A stretch of DNA of 64,000 nt from Lama guanicoe (taxonomy: Eukaryota). The notes beneath the pieces are model-generated. The model did no database searches. It saw only the letters and a list, made by a program, of their open reading frames with translations, and had not been told where the DNA came from. A program made the position numbers and the translations under genes. Positions 49,493 through 62,524 of the stretch are shown piece after piece (the stretch's first letter is position 1; every line of letters starts with the position of its first letter). The stretch lies in NCBI GenBank assembly GCA_013239625.1, contig MU056050.1, positions 5,961,366 through 6,025,365 on the forward strand, written 5' to 3'.

Positions 49493-52400
49493 TGTTATCC
49501 AGATCAAATAGCAAATGTTCTGTTTCCAGTTGGCAGTGTATTTCTTTAAGTACCTGCCCAATTCCTTGAGCCTCTTCCGTGCTCAAGAAGGAGCCACCAC
49601 AGAAATGGAAGAGGATGAAAACGCAGGCAGCTGTTTGCCAAATGCAATAAAATCTGATCCTGAGAATCTCACAGGGTTCTGTGAAAATCAAGTGATAGCA
49701 GAGCTTGTTACAAAGTGCAAAAGTATTCCAGAAATGTAAAGGGCTTACCTCTCTAATTTCAGGTCGCCTGGTAAAGTAAATAATGGGACCAAGCCAGATT
49801 TGGAAGTGGATCAAGTTTGTCTTTGGTCCTCTGCCAGCTGGCCCTGATGCCCTCAGGCTGTGACTCCCAAGGCCAGGGAAGGCCTCAACAGGGGCTCATC
49901 CTGCAACTCCTCCTCCCCTCTCTGCTCGACCCCTATCAAGCTTCCTGTCTCCCCTAGACAGCATGCTCACAACTAAAGTGAATGCTAAATAAGCAATTCA
50001 GATGAAGGACTCTCTTAAAAGCTATTTACCAGTACCTTATCTGTGACTCCTAGTGGCTTACTCTGCCTTAACACTGGTTAAATACTAATTTCAACAAAAT
50101 CCTTCACTGACTGGCTCTTACAAGGGGGTGGCATTTGGAGATAGATGGCCCCTTACTCAGTTTGTCCTTTCAGAGACAAAGTACTTCATGACAATCCCTT
50201 CTGCTGAGTTTACAATGCTGCAGGTTTTCTGCTCCAGTTATTTTATTGTAAGCCAGGGATCTATTACACAAGTGTTCTAGAACTCTTATCAGCTTCCTTC
50301 CTCTTCTCCCACCCATGTGTGCACCTTTAGAAATAAGAAAGCCAAGCAGCTTCGATTACTAAAAGCATTGCAATGGACAATTTCATCCCTTGTATATCAC
50401 TTCAGGGTTATAATTAAATCGTTAAAATGCATTGCTAATCTGTAAATCTGGTCTCATTAGCATAAGTGTGCTCCATGCTTCCTAAACACAGTGAATGTTT
50501 GGGACTTCAGACTTTTGGGCTAGTAAACCTTCGTGAATGCCATGCCCTGCATGGTGGCCCAAGAGGTTCTGGACACACTTTCTCCAATTCTGTTCTATAC
50601 ACCAGGCAGTGTTGTGTTTTTTGTTTTTTTTTTCAACAGGTAATAGTTTCATACAGGTCACTATTAGACCTCTAACCAGCTCTCTTCAATTTTTTTTTTA
50701 GTGTATCTAGTTTGAGGTTGTTCCTCCCTATCCTCTGGAATAAAGTATAAAATAGGCTTACTGATAGAATCAGTCTCCTGGAGGCATCGAGAAAATTCTA
50801 AGAGCATACAGTCAGTTGGCAACTTCACTGGCCTAAGCATCCTTGAATCTTTTTCTTACCCAAATATTTTTTGGATGCTGCAGTTACTGCCTCATTGCAT
50901 CGAGGGTGGTTTTTTGTTTGACTTCATCCATTAACTTTCAGTTTATCATTGTTGTTCTAGGGTGTGGCCATATCTGGGCATCCAAGGATTTTTTTTTTTT
51001 TAAGAGACGCACATACGATGTACTATGCACTGCTCAGCTCCATTTTGCCAAGTAGGTGTCCACATTCTTGGCCGGCTAGCCTTGGCTCACTCTTCCCCAT
51101 GTTACTCTGCACTGTATGTTCCTTTCTGGGACATCATACCTCTCTCCCTGCCGTGAGATTTGGTTAGACACCTACTCCCCTCCACCAGGGGACCACAGGC
51201 CACCAGCTTCCCCAGCACTGATCACAAAGCTGAAAGGAAAGGTTTGCAGTGGAAAGAAAACTTTGTCTAACCTTTTGTCATCTCCCAGAGTGCTACTTTT
51301 CTGCCTTCTCTCTTGGCACATGTGATCTGCCAGCGCGAGCCGGGGGCAATAGTAGGGGAGGGTGGAGGTCATCACTGGTTGGAAATAGCTCATTCTCCCT
51401 CTCCCCAAGGTCACTGGATGGGTGGGGTAAGATTTGAAATCTTGGTTTCCTTTCTTTCAAATATTCCCCAATAGCTGGGAAATCCTCTTTTTCCAACTAC
51501 TTCCTCAAAAAGAGAAAAATAATCCAACAGAGGAGATAAATGGTCTTTTGGAGTAATAAGATGCTCAATACAACTTCTAAATCTAGAAACAAGGAATCTT
51601 CCTGAATTCTCCCTAAAATGGCCAGCTGATGTGCTTTCCCTCATTTAAAAAAATGTGTATCAGACTCCTAATACTGCTCCTACAGAATCTTCAGGACCCA
51701 GAAGCACCTTAGTTTTGCACTGTCCTCAGAAGACGTGATAGTTTTTATAATTTAAAAGTTTTTACAATTCTAAACTTGTCTCAAATTCTGTCAGATAATC
51801 TGGAAATGTTTCAAATCCACAAGAAAAAAAATCGAATTGAAGCTTCTGTGCCAATTTAAAAATACTGGAAGACATCTTTATATACTAGTTATATTTTCTA
51901 ACATTTTAATTGGCTTTTACAAGTTTGAATTTATACAGCATTCAAGTATTTATCCAAAAGCCTCTAAGAAACTAAAATTCTACACTAAGAATGTATACAA
52001 TTAAGTAAGGATACTGGAAATAGATATACCAAGAAAAAAAAAATCTGAATTATGAGCCATGAATCAAAAGAGTTTGCGGCAAAACCTTTAGAACTTCGAT
52101 TTATAGGTATTGTTTTTTTAAATTCATATGGAATTCTACTAGGCATCATCTTGGTCCTCAGTAGGAAAATTAAGATCAGGTAACCTCATTAAAATATTAA
52201 TTGGAAAAATCATTTTACAAACTGCAAACTTTGGCTAACAGTACAGAGCATGATATATGTAATTGTTAAGGGAATGCTGCAATGTTATAAAAAGGAGAAA
52301 TGTGTGTAGCTCAGAAAAGAGCAAGAAATTAAGGAGTTTTAAGCATAGAATTCTGGAGAATTAAATAATATTTGAAAATGTGAAGTTCAAATATTACTAG

Positions 52401-52949
52401 AAATTAGCCAGACTTGGTTTATTCAGCCAATCATATACATAAATGTTACACCATCATGTATGAAAACAGAACCTTATAAACAGCATCTGAAATTTTCCAT
52501 CATCTTCAGGTAGACAGGTAAGTGGACCCTCCCCTTCAATTGCTATATAAGGAAAAAAATAGTAGAAACCTTCACTTTAAAGAACTATCAACTGCTGAAG
52601 TCAAGGCCTTCAAACTGAAAGCAAACAAATCATTGAACAAAACCATCAGACAAATTCTTATTTAACCACACAGAATAAGGAGCTGAGTGATTTTAAAATA
52701 AAGAAATCTGACTGTGCATTCTTAGTGGGATGCAGCTAAGAACAAAAGGAACTGTATTGAAAATCCTGAACTTTATTCAATAGCATTACCGTTTGTTTTA
52801 ATATTGCATTATTATTTTGGAACTCTTGTTTGCCCAGATTAAGCAAAGAAGCCATTGTATTTATTGTATCAGGGATCAAAAACTTCCGAAGGAATTCTGT
52901 ACCACTAGAAAAGAATTGGAATATCAACATGAAGTAAGAAAAAGCACAC

Positions 52950-53340
52950 ATCGTTTCTGGCTCTGTTCACTGAAATGACCCAAGAGCAATGAAACCCCCA
53001 CAGTGCCCCCTAGTGCTCAGATTCTGATCTCCGACCCTATTTTTTTTCCACTAAGGAACCACGGCTCCTTGGAGAAATGAGTGATTTCATGTCTGGAGCA
53101 GAAAAGTATAAGATGAGCCTGGAAAATCTTGCTGTGCCAGAAAGCAACAAGGTTTTCAATGATTAGTGAGTCATGTGAGAAGGACACAGGAGCCAATTTA
53201 AAAGACTCCACTGGCCAAAGTTGTGACAATTTTCTAAGTCAATCATACCTCACTGAAGTGATTTTAAGAAGGTGAATAATGACCATAGTTAAATATGTAA
53301 GAAATCATATGTCCATAATGACTGACACAAAGAGAAAAGA
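52950..53340 (+). mobile_element. L1MC-type 3' region fragment
   Basis: GGAACCACGGCTCCTTGGAGAAATG...AAGATGAGCCTGGAA...GTGCCAGAAAG...GGACACAGGAGCCA...CCACTGGCCAAA. Confidence 0.8.
53001..53019 (-). promoter_or_regulatory. CTCF-like core motif
   Basis: Minus strand TGAGCACTAGGGGGCACTG versus consensus TGGCCACYAGRKGGCRCTR. Confidence 0.45.
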
Positions 53341-53429
53341 TAACAAATGATTCTAAAAGGAGGTGAACAGAATAGAATGCATTTCTCATTCATGAGGCAT
53401 TTTTCACTAATTTACTGTGTCAATGGAGA

Positions 53430-53560
53430 ATATAGGAATTAGCAATGGTCAGTACCATCAGTTGGAGGGCAGTTTCTGACTCCAGAGGAGTATCAGAATG
53501 GCCCATAAACCATGGTCTCAAATTCAACAAAGCTAAGTGAACTGTCTAGAACTCAACTGG
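53430..53560 (+). mobile_element. CR1/L3 LINE RT C-terminal fossil
   Basis: From 53490 translates VSEWPINHGLKFNKAK*TV*, resembling the CR1 motif WAxxNxMKFNKxKCKVLH. Confidence 0.45.
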
Positions 53561-55077
53561 TATAAATTTAACTATTCTTAAGATTGATATGGTTCTAAGA
53601 ACATGAATGAATGTGAAGAGTGTTGACATACCTCAAGATCCCATCAATTTCCAAGTTTTTTAGAGTGAGGAGAAATACATTAATGCATCGTAAGGTTTTA
53701 TCAACCAGATGAAGTTGCAGGCTTATTGTGTAATGTGTGAAATTTTAATCCAGGGAAATGGGCTAATTAGCTGAACGCCGCTGAAGGTTACAGAATCACT
53801 CATAGTACTATCATGAATAGGGTTCAAGATGCCTATGAGAGTCATGAATGAGAATTCAGTCGGCCTCCACACCTAAATCTCTGGCAGTAAATATCCTCAT
53901 GTATCTGGTATGGTAATTCTTTATGCGGAATGACTTAGAATTAAGTATAGCAATATTTAAGAGAAGTAACCCATTATATTTATATCTGTGTGTTAAGAAA
54001 GTTGTGCATATTTGATACTTTATATATTTGTGATACAGGAGAGAAAGTGCCCTGTTAGTGATAGCCTTGTCAATCTAATCTGAAACATGTAATTAATTCT
54101 GAGTTACGATTTCCAAGTGAAATCTCATTATTTTCAGTGCTGAAACATCTAAGATTCTCAGGGTTGTCATTTTTATGAATTTAATTTGTAAGAAATTTTT
54201 AGTTCCCACACAGATTTGTCTGGCAGATCAGATAACTCAAATACCACAAGGGGATAAGCTTGAGGCAACATAGCTGTTAATATCACTCCCCACCCCATCA
54301 CCACCCCCCGCAGACTGTCAGCCCACAACAGATGCCCCGCTGTCCCATCCCTGGGTTCTATCTGTCCCATCCACAATGGGGCCTCTCTAAGATAAAGCCA
54401 GCTTGGACAGCAACCTGTCTCCACTAAATCCTGACGGGAGTCCGAAAGCCTTCATGTCCTTCCCCATGTAAAGCACACAGGGGTGAAGAGGGTAGTGTTA
54501 TGGAAGAAATGTAAGGTGCTGAAATCACACTGAGGTTTTCCAATACAGCATTTTCTCCGTGTGTGTGTGCACTACCCACTTTGCACTGCTTATGATGCGA
54601 GAAGCTACTACACTTGTGATACAGGGCTTTCTCCTACCTGCAAATTGATTCTATTGACTGGTTCCAGGAAGCAGGATATTCCCATGTCTTAGCTGTGTGA
54701 CTTTTTTTCAGGACGGCCCGAGGCTTTCCTCTACAGTAAAGGATGATGGTAGTACCATTGTTTCTTAAAAATGCTCCAGGAATTACTTCTCTGTGGATTT
54801 TCTTGGAACATGAACTCAGACCAAGGTTTTTGTTTTATGGGATAAAATGTCCCATATGCACCACATATACTTAAAGCTGTTTTTAAAAAAAAAAATCACA
54901 TTCTGAGCATTTTCTTTATCACTCTCAAAGCCCTAGCAGAGTAGAAGCAAGACAAAGTGAGACATTAAGCGAGGACTAAAAACATGTTGCCATGGAACAG
55001 GCCTTCAGAGATCTAAGGCCCCTCAAATTATGAGGAACCTATGAACTGCAAGTCATAACTCCGCCCACATGTAACTA

Positions 55078-55240
55078 TCCTGGGGCCTCTTTTATAAAGA
55101 CACTAATCCCATTCATCAGGGTTCCACCTTCATTACCTAGTTACCTTCCAAAGAGCCAATCTCCAGATATATATAAATTATACCCCAGCGGTTCGGTTTC
55201 AACATCAGCATTTGGGGGGAGTCACAGACGGTCCATAGCA
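55078..55240 (-). mobile_element. MLT1A0-type LTR 5' half
   Basis: CTCTTTTATAAAGACACTAATCCCATTCATCAGGG...TTTCAACAT...TTTGGGGG...CCATAGCA. Confidence 0.8.
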
Positions 55241-58041
55241 CACTCAGGTAGCCGTGTGGACTCCAGACCACCCAATAGAAACCTACCCAATTCCCAGCCC
55301 ACCTCACCTGTGAACGAGAGAGCCAAAAACTCAAGCCACAAGCCCACAGAACAGGGCAAACCTAACTCCTATGCAAACATAGATACAACTGAAGATCTCA
55401 AAGCCTATATGGGAACCTCTAGGTTTCCAAAGCCCAGGGCATTTTTTGCCTAGAAGCGAAAAGGGAGTCATTCTTGGCATCCACGACTTCTTGAGGCGAA
55501 GACCACAATGAAGTCTCAAAGAAACGCATGGGTGGATAACACCCGGACTAATTACATGAACTGGGAACAACTGAGCTACTTAATACCAACCGGCGTCTTC
55601 TTCACCATGTTCACCTCGCTCACCACTGTCGTTTGCCACCGTCTACCAGGAAAAGCTTCCTTCCCCGCCTTCACCTCATCCATCTCCCCTGAGCGTCTCT
55701 TATGGCGATCGTGAACACGCGTCATCTTTGCTGAAGCATATTCATACCCGAGTCTATGTACAGGTGAAAACGTGGGAACTCAACTGCACCGAGGACAGAA
55801 CATGAGGAAGAAGTTAGTTCCTCCACTAAAAGGCCATGCCCTGTGTCAGTCATTGAGAAAAAGTGTCAGCATGATGATCTCAAATATTTCACTAGGGCAA
55901 CACTGATCTCCCTTTCAAATGGATGTTAACAGTCCCTCTTAAATAGACTTCTGGAAGTTTGTTAACTTATAACTACTCCTTATAGCCTGCTGAATGTCAC
56001 AAGGTCTTGCCGTTGCCATCCAAGGATCAGAAGGACATTCATCCTCTGCCAGCATAAGACAATTCTTGGGAAGAAGTCTGAGGTCGTTGAGATTGTACTC
56101 ATGAAAACACAGCCTGTGATCTGTACTAAGGATCAGGGGTATGGTGGGCCTCAACCTCTGGCTAATGACTATTTCTCCACTGCCTCTTCCATATACTTCT
56201 TACTTCTTACAAACTGACAAAAGACTTCACTAAAAATTCTGAGTCTGCACTCTTTTCCCCACAACTTCAAGGAAATTAAGACAGCTACATTTTATGCACA
56301 CCCGAGGTGGGGGCTGAGAGTCACTTCTGCTGCAGGTGCATGTAAACAAAATGTCTCAAGATGGGAGGGTGAGGCAATTCCTACTGGCAGCTTCTACAGG
56401 AACCAGGCTACCAAGTCTAAAGAAAGGTGAGAAGGGAGAGCCAAGAAGAAACCCAAAGGTGCCTTAAAACACAGATGCACACCGAGCGATGCATGGTGCA
56501 GGCAGGGAGGACGATGGAGGCCGAAAGACTTCATTCCCCACGCCAATGAAGGCAGGGCATTTTTAGGTGCTTTCCTGCAGATGTGGGCAGGGAAGGCTTG
56601 AGACTAAGGGATGCTTTTTTCAAATATTTGTGTAACATTAATTTAGCAGGGGTGGGGGTAAAACCGATTTGCTATTAATAAAAATAGTCATTGATTAATT
56701 TACTCCCAGGGGCCCAGGCTATTTTAGCAGCATGTTTTCTCCTCATCTTTCTTGCTCCCCTTTTTCTTTTGCAAATTTCTGAAGCCCACAAATTCTTAAG
56801 AGTCATATTAAAGGAATTCAAGTTGAGTTAATAAACCTCCTGTTGCCATTACCAGCACCGTGCTGTGTGATTAGAGGAAAGCATCGCCGCAGACTATGAG
56901 TGAAGTGTGTTTGTTTATGGTGGTGGCATTGGGGTTTTCTTTTTAATTTTTGAAAGAGGGTGCTGTCTACTTTGGAAGGAACAGAACCAATAATCATGAC
57001 ACTAGTTATGTGAGGTCATGTACATAAATAAACCTCAAGAAACTAGCACTAGGTCGCCGGTTTACCCCAGTCATGTTTTAGGGCCTGGGCTAGAGTGGCA
57101 CCGTGGAAAGCCCCTAGCTGGCCACCTCTTCATTGGCCACCTGGCCTGGGTGGGCGGAGAGTGGCCCGTAAGCCTATGATACCATGGAGGAGCAGACACT
57201 CCATCTCCCAGATCAGCCTTTGGAAAGAAGCTAAATGTCCTAGCCTGTTTCTGAGGTTTCCATGATTGCCCCTTGGACTGGTACCTCTCCCACTGGACCA
57301 GATGCTCAAGTTGACAGTGGCATCACCATACACCCAGCCCCTCCTTCAGTCTGCATCCTGGCCCTCTATACTAACAGCTGTGCTTCAGAAGTGGGTGGAC
57401 ATGGAGTCAGCCAGGTATGGGAATAAAGGGCAGGCTTGCCATGGAGCTGGTGGAAGGGAAAAAGATAGAGGGTGAGAGAGGAAGCAAGTGGCAGCAGAAA
57501 GAAGAGTTGTGTCCGAAGGCAAATCTCTTCAGCCTAATCCATTTCTTGTAGGCACCAACACTAACTCTCCCCTGCCCTCTTCACAGTGGCCCTTGGGTGT
57601 CTCAGTGCTCTGAGTGGGTAGAAGGGCAGGAGCGGAAGCTCTTCCTTAGTAAAGACACTGTCTCAACCCTGCACCCACTCATGTCTTTCACAGCCTGGAA
57701 ATGCTCTCAAGTCTCTGAGGGACATGGAAATCAGATCACTCTTTGGAAAACTTAAAGAGTTTTGTACACAAGGCCAGGAAATGGGTCATGAATCCTAGGT
57801 GGTTAAATGAACTGTTAAAACCCATCAGGCATTGGGGCTTATTCTCTGCCTCACCCAAAAGAGAATAGCTGGGGATAGGACATACACACATATGAATCAT
57901 AAAACAAAACAAGGCAGTATGCTAGAGGCCAGGAGGTACATACTTACTCTTCGTTACTTTAATGTGACGTGTGAATCCCCAAGTGAATTAAAGAGAAGAC
58001 AGTTCTAGAGAGAGAAAGGAGACTGATTTGAACCCTGAGTT

Positions 58042-58255
58042 CAGTAGTTCAACTGGGAAGGACTGGTCTCCTGGTGACATTTGGCCATGTCTGGAGACAT
58101 GTCTGGTCTGTGGTCGTCACAACAGGGGGATGCCACTGGCAGCCAGTGAGTAGAGGCTAGTGGGCTGCTCAACACCATACAGTGAACAGGACAACCCCCA
58201 CGACACAGCGTCATTCGGCACAAAATGCCAATAGTGCCACAGCTGAGAAACCCTG
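58042..58255. mobile_element. MER20 DNA transposon
   Basis: GACATTTGGCCATGTCTGGAGACAT...GATGCCACTGGCAGCCAGTGAGTAGAGGC...AATAGTGCC..GCTGAGAAACCCTG. Confidence 0.88.
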
Positions 58256-58263
58256 CCCTACAG

Positions 58264-58449
58264 CTGTGGTTCTCAATTTCTAGCAGGTGTCAGAATTCCT
58301 CCCAAAGACTTGTTAAAACAGATTGCCGGAACCCACCCCGAGTTTCTAAGTCAGTAGTTCTGAAATGGAGCTGAGAATCTGCTTTTTTAACAAATTCCCA
58401 GGTGATTCTGAGGCTCCTGATCTGGGAACCACATTTTGAAGAACCCCTG
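58264..58449. mobile_element. MER5A DNA transposon
   Basis: GTGGTTCTCAA...TTGTTAAAACAGATTGC...TTCCCAGGTGATTCTGA...CACATTTTGAAGAACCCCTG. Confidence 0.85.
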
Positions 58450-61400
58450 CCCTAGTTCTCAACTCTAATTACCCTTCCAACTATCCACCTGCTCGGAAAT
58501 GTGGTCAGACCCACATTAGCCCAGAGTCCTTAGATGCTGTTAAATGCTCACAAAAGGAGGAAGCGGAAGAAAAAGGGATTTTTTTTAAAAAGGAGGAAAC
58601 AAGAGGCTCCCCTTTAAGCAAACAGACTTCCCAGAGACTTAATTAAAGTTTGGGAAAGAATCCAAGGAGGCAGAGGGTGGGAGGGAGGGTCAATAAAATT
58701 GATCCAAATAAATTTTTTGCAGATACAAAATAAAACTCACATGCACAAAAAGAAATTTGATCAATAAATTAGTAAATTCAAAGTGAGAAGAGAGTAATTA
58801 AGAGGCCCATTTAAAGTGCGGAATACATTAAATACAGAATGAGTGACTCCGCCGGGACCACTGAAGCAGGAAACACCGATGTGTTGGAGAGGCCTGGAAG
58901 ATTAGAAACATATTTCAACACAGAGAAAAGAGAAACGGGAGAGCCCAGAATGATAAGCATGCCAAGGGGGTGCATGGATCTGAGCCTTTGGTGCCTCCGA
59001 TTTTGAAATCCTATGAAAAGTTTAACGAAATTGCAGCCACACGCTTGTGTATGTCCCAGGCATAGCAAACTGGTAAGTAACCTGCTGCGAGAGCTACCCG
59101 GGCCACACCTAGCCCTGAGCAGTTAATACATCAAGTCCCTTTATATCGGAGGAAACAAAAGGTTTATCCCCAGTGAGCTGAAGCAGAGGCAGACCTCAAT
59201 GATCCCGAATGATCTTGGACACCCTGGCAATCTCTAAGACCCCTTGCTGGGGAAACTGCGGCCAAAGCAGACTCCACTGACAGTTCAAGCCAGAGCGGAG
59301 GGCCATAAGGCATAAAGGTATCAATTGTTGCTAAGATGGGCCAGGATAGACCTAACCTTTAAGTTAGAGGTATAGTAGGCTCTCGATAAATGTCAGATCC
59401 CTTGCTCTGAGGTTGATTTCAGAGTCTAGTTCCCCACTTCACCCCTAAGTGAGTCCCCTGGGGTTGCTGTCGGCAGTGGAAATTCAAATCAGGCCAGCCA
59501 TGCCCGTGAATCATTGTGATAATTCCTTTAGAGCTGGTGGGGAACCAGACCTTGGCCACAAACTGCATTTCAGCAAGAGGCAGCCCTTTCTGGCTTCTCG
59601 GCCCCCTTATTCTGCCCCTGGAGACCTCTAGGAAACTTGAGTTACAGCTTGTCTTCCTCTAAGGAAGCTCAGTAGGCCTAGCTCCATGAATTTCACTGCG
59701 GGTTAGGGCTGGGAAGTGGATTTTGCTTTCCGTGGAGCCCTTTCCAAGCTTGGGGAACCTCGCCAGGGAAGGAACCCAGAATTCAGCTCGTAAGACTCAG
59801 TTTGGGTCTGAGCTTCATTTTCTGCACGCGAATATGGGGCCCTGGCTTTAGCTTTTAGTGGAGTAGGGAGGGGGAGGCGGCTATGGTTAAAGCTGCTTAC
59901 TGTTTTTTAATTTCCATCAGGCCTTCATCATTAGCTGGCTGGGAAGGTTTGCAGAGCCAAACCAACAGCTGATTCCCTCAGGCTATGTCTCAGTGCTAGC
60001 GCTTTCCCAGACTTTGGGCATAAGCAGCACCTCCCAGGGTAAGATGACTTGCCACACAGTTGGCTGACACCTGCCTACGAAGGGGGAAGGCTGAAACCAC
60101 CTGCCCAGAGCAGCCCTAGAGCCTTCACAAGTCAGCGCTGCCTTCAACAGCCTTTCTTCCCCACCAGGCACAGATCCCGCTGCAGAGCTGGGGGACAAGT
60201 TCTTAGTCCCGCGTGCCCTTCCAACCTGCTGGTCAAGCCTGCGCTGTCACCATGGGTGGCTGACATGGTCCTCCAAGTGTGAGGTCAGTTAAAAGGCAGG
60301 AAGCTGCAAACTCCTGGACACTAGGATGGAGGAGGGGGTTGGCAGGCATGCTGATGACACTGTTTGGACTGCAACACGCCGGGCAGAGAGGCATCACACA
60401 CTTGAACATCTCTACCGGAAAGAAGGAAGCTCAGCGCACCGTGAGGTGGCAGCGCTTCTGCTGCTGAACAGCTCTAGTGGTTCAAAGGCCATCCTTGTAC
60501 CCAGTCCCCATCTGCCTCCCTAGGTTTCCCATGGAGCTGCATGCACTGTATCTGCCGCTCCTGCCATCTGATGCTATCTCCTTGTGTGCACTATGTCTGC
60601 AACTACACCAGATGGTTTATGAACGCACGGACCATGTCTCCTGCTCCTTATGCATTCCCATAGTGTTGGTGGCGGGCTCCAAGGCTGCTGGGTAGTGTTC
60701 TCAATCGTGCTCCAAGTTTCTCCACTTATGAGCATCCCCTCCCACAGCCCCTTCCCGTCAAATCTGAATTTCGTTCACTCCAACTCTACCCATCTGCTCA
60801 GGCCAGGGTCACCCTTGAAGGATCACGTCAAGTTCACAGCCATCCTTGGGAAATGTCCACTGTAAAGAAAGTGATTTGCTTGAACTCCAACCACCTCATT
60901 TCTCCAACGCATGCACACCGGCACCACCACCCAACCCTTTGTCTTTGTATATCTAGGTTAATGTCATCCCAAGTCAACTTTAAGAATATCCCTGAAAGGT
61001 GAAAAGTCAGTCACAGAATGCAGTGTAAAACCTGAGGAGGATGAGCAAAACACAGAAAAGCAAGGGCACTTCCCGCTCTTGCCTTAGGGCTTTATCAGCA
61101 CAACAGCAGGTTCATCTCCCCCTCCCCCCCGCACCCCCCACCCCTTGGTTTGTGCCTTAGCCCGCACATGCAGCAGCCCACAGCCCACTTCCAAAAAGCC
61201 AACCAACTATAACTAGGACACAGCAATGCTGCCCTCCTGGGATGTCCTTTTGTATCTGCTCTCCACAAGTCCAACTCCTAGCACCCTTCCAACCCCCTGT
61301 CCCATCTGACAGCTTCTGGGAAGTGCCCTCACCTTTCCTGAGCTCTTACTGTGCTTCTCTATGCCGACACCTAGCATGTGCAGGAACATTCGATTCTTTC

Positions 61401-62199
61401 TTCTCTGTTAAAACATGTTTCTGTTTTGTCTCCTCACGTAGACTATGACATCCTCAGAGGCTGGGACAAAGATGGCGATACTTCTGCAATTGATCATAAG
61501 GCCTGGTACAGGGAGGGGCACATAGCTGGTGTGTAATTAAATAAGTGGTTTAGAAACATCTGGAAAAGCAGGCTACCAGGGAGTGAGTCAGGTATACAGG
61601 TTAACCTAATCTTCTTGTGCTGTCAAGATATTGAACACCTCCCACGTGTAAGGTGCCACTCCATCTTAGTATAGAGGCCCACTGGCAAAAGATGCGCAAG
61701 TCTTCTCTTACCAACCCCAAACACACAATCTGTTCTTCACTCTGCTGTTTTTCACACACACAATTCCAGCTAGTCACACCCTTTTGGCCCTTTGTCAATA
61801 TAGCCTCTTTGAGCTTTGTCTCCAGCAGTAGGCACGGGTTTGCCTGAGCCATCCACAATTTCACACCAGGGATATGGTTTTTCTGAAAATGACAGGTGAG
61901 GCTAAAGGTACAGCTTGGGAAAAATGCCCAAATTCACAGAAAAACCTCATGATGTTCTGGTGAAAAAAACAATCCCTAGCCTCTAATGTAAGGGCCTTCT
62001 TAAAGTAGGCAAGGAAATGAGCCCAGTGTGTAAGGGAGCTGGTGGACACGGCTGGCATGGCATGACAGTGTAACAATTCCTGATGAGACTCCATCAAGCA
62101 CTAAAAGCATCTTCATGTACAGAATGTAGCTCCTGAGGGCTTGGAGTGAGTGCGGCAGGCAAGCATCCATGTACTATGAATATGCCTCGAGGACTTCTA

Positions 62200-62520
62200 C
62201 ATCCTTTGCCTAGATCCATCCACCCCTTGTTAGTATCTTCTTGGTCCTCAGGCCTCAGCCTAAATGTCACCCAATGCCAAGAGGCCTATCTAGAGAAGCT
62301 CCTCCACCAATGTTCCTCACCTTAGCTTTCATAGCACTTCTTGTGATTTGTAATTTTATAAATACATTCATTTTGCCTACACCTCCATATGCTTATATTC
62401 TCTATGTACTTAGAATACAGTGAGTGCCAGGGAAGACCTGCCTATGTCTACTTCACTCACCACTGTATCCTCTACAGGACCATACAAAATTGGTGCTCAG
62501 AACATTAAGGTAAATGATTA
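62200..62520 (+). mobile_element. L2 3' fragment
   Basis: CTCAGCCTAAATGTCACC...TTCATAGCACTT...TTCACTCACCACTGTATCC. Confidence 0.7.
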
Positions 62521-62524
62521 TGAG

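Noticed and set aside
52495..52523. Plus-strand ttcag|GTAGACAG|gtaagt 8-nt mini-exon
   Set aside because: Not frame-preserving, mediocre pyrimidine tract and no auxiliary motifs; AG-GTAAGT is expected occasionally by chance in 64 kb.
59050..59080. Plus-strand cccag|GCATAGCAAACTG|gtaagt 13-nt exon
   Set aside because: Poor pyrimidine tract and frame-shifting; likely chance.
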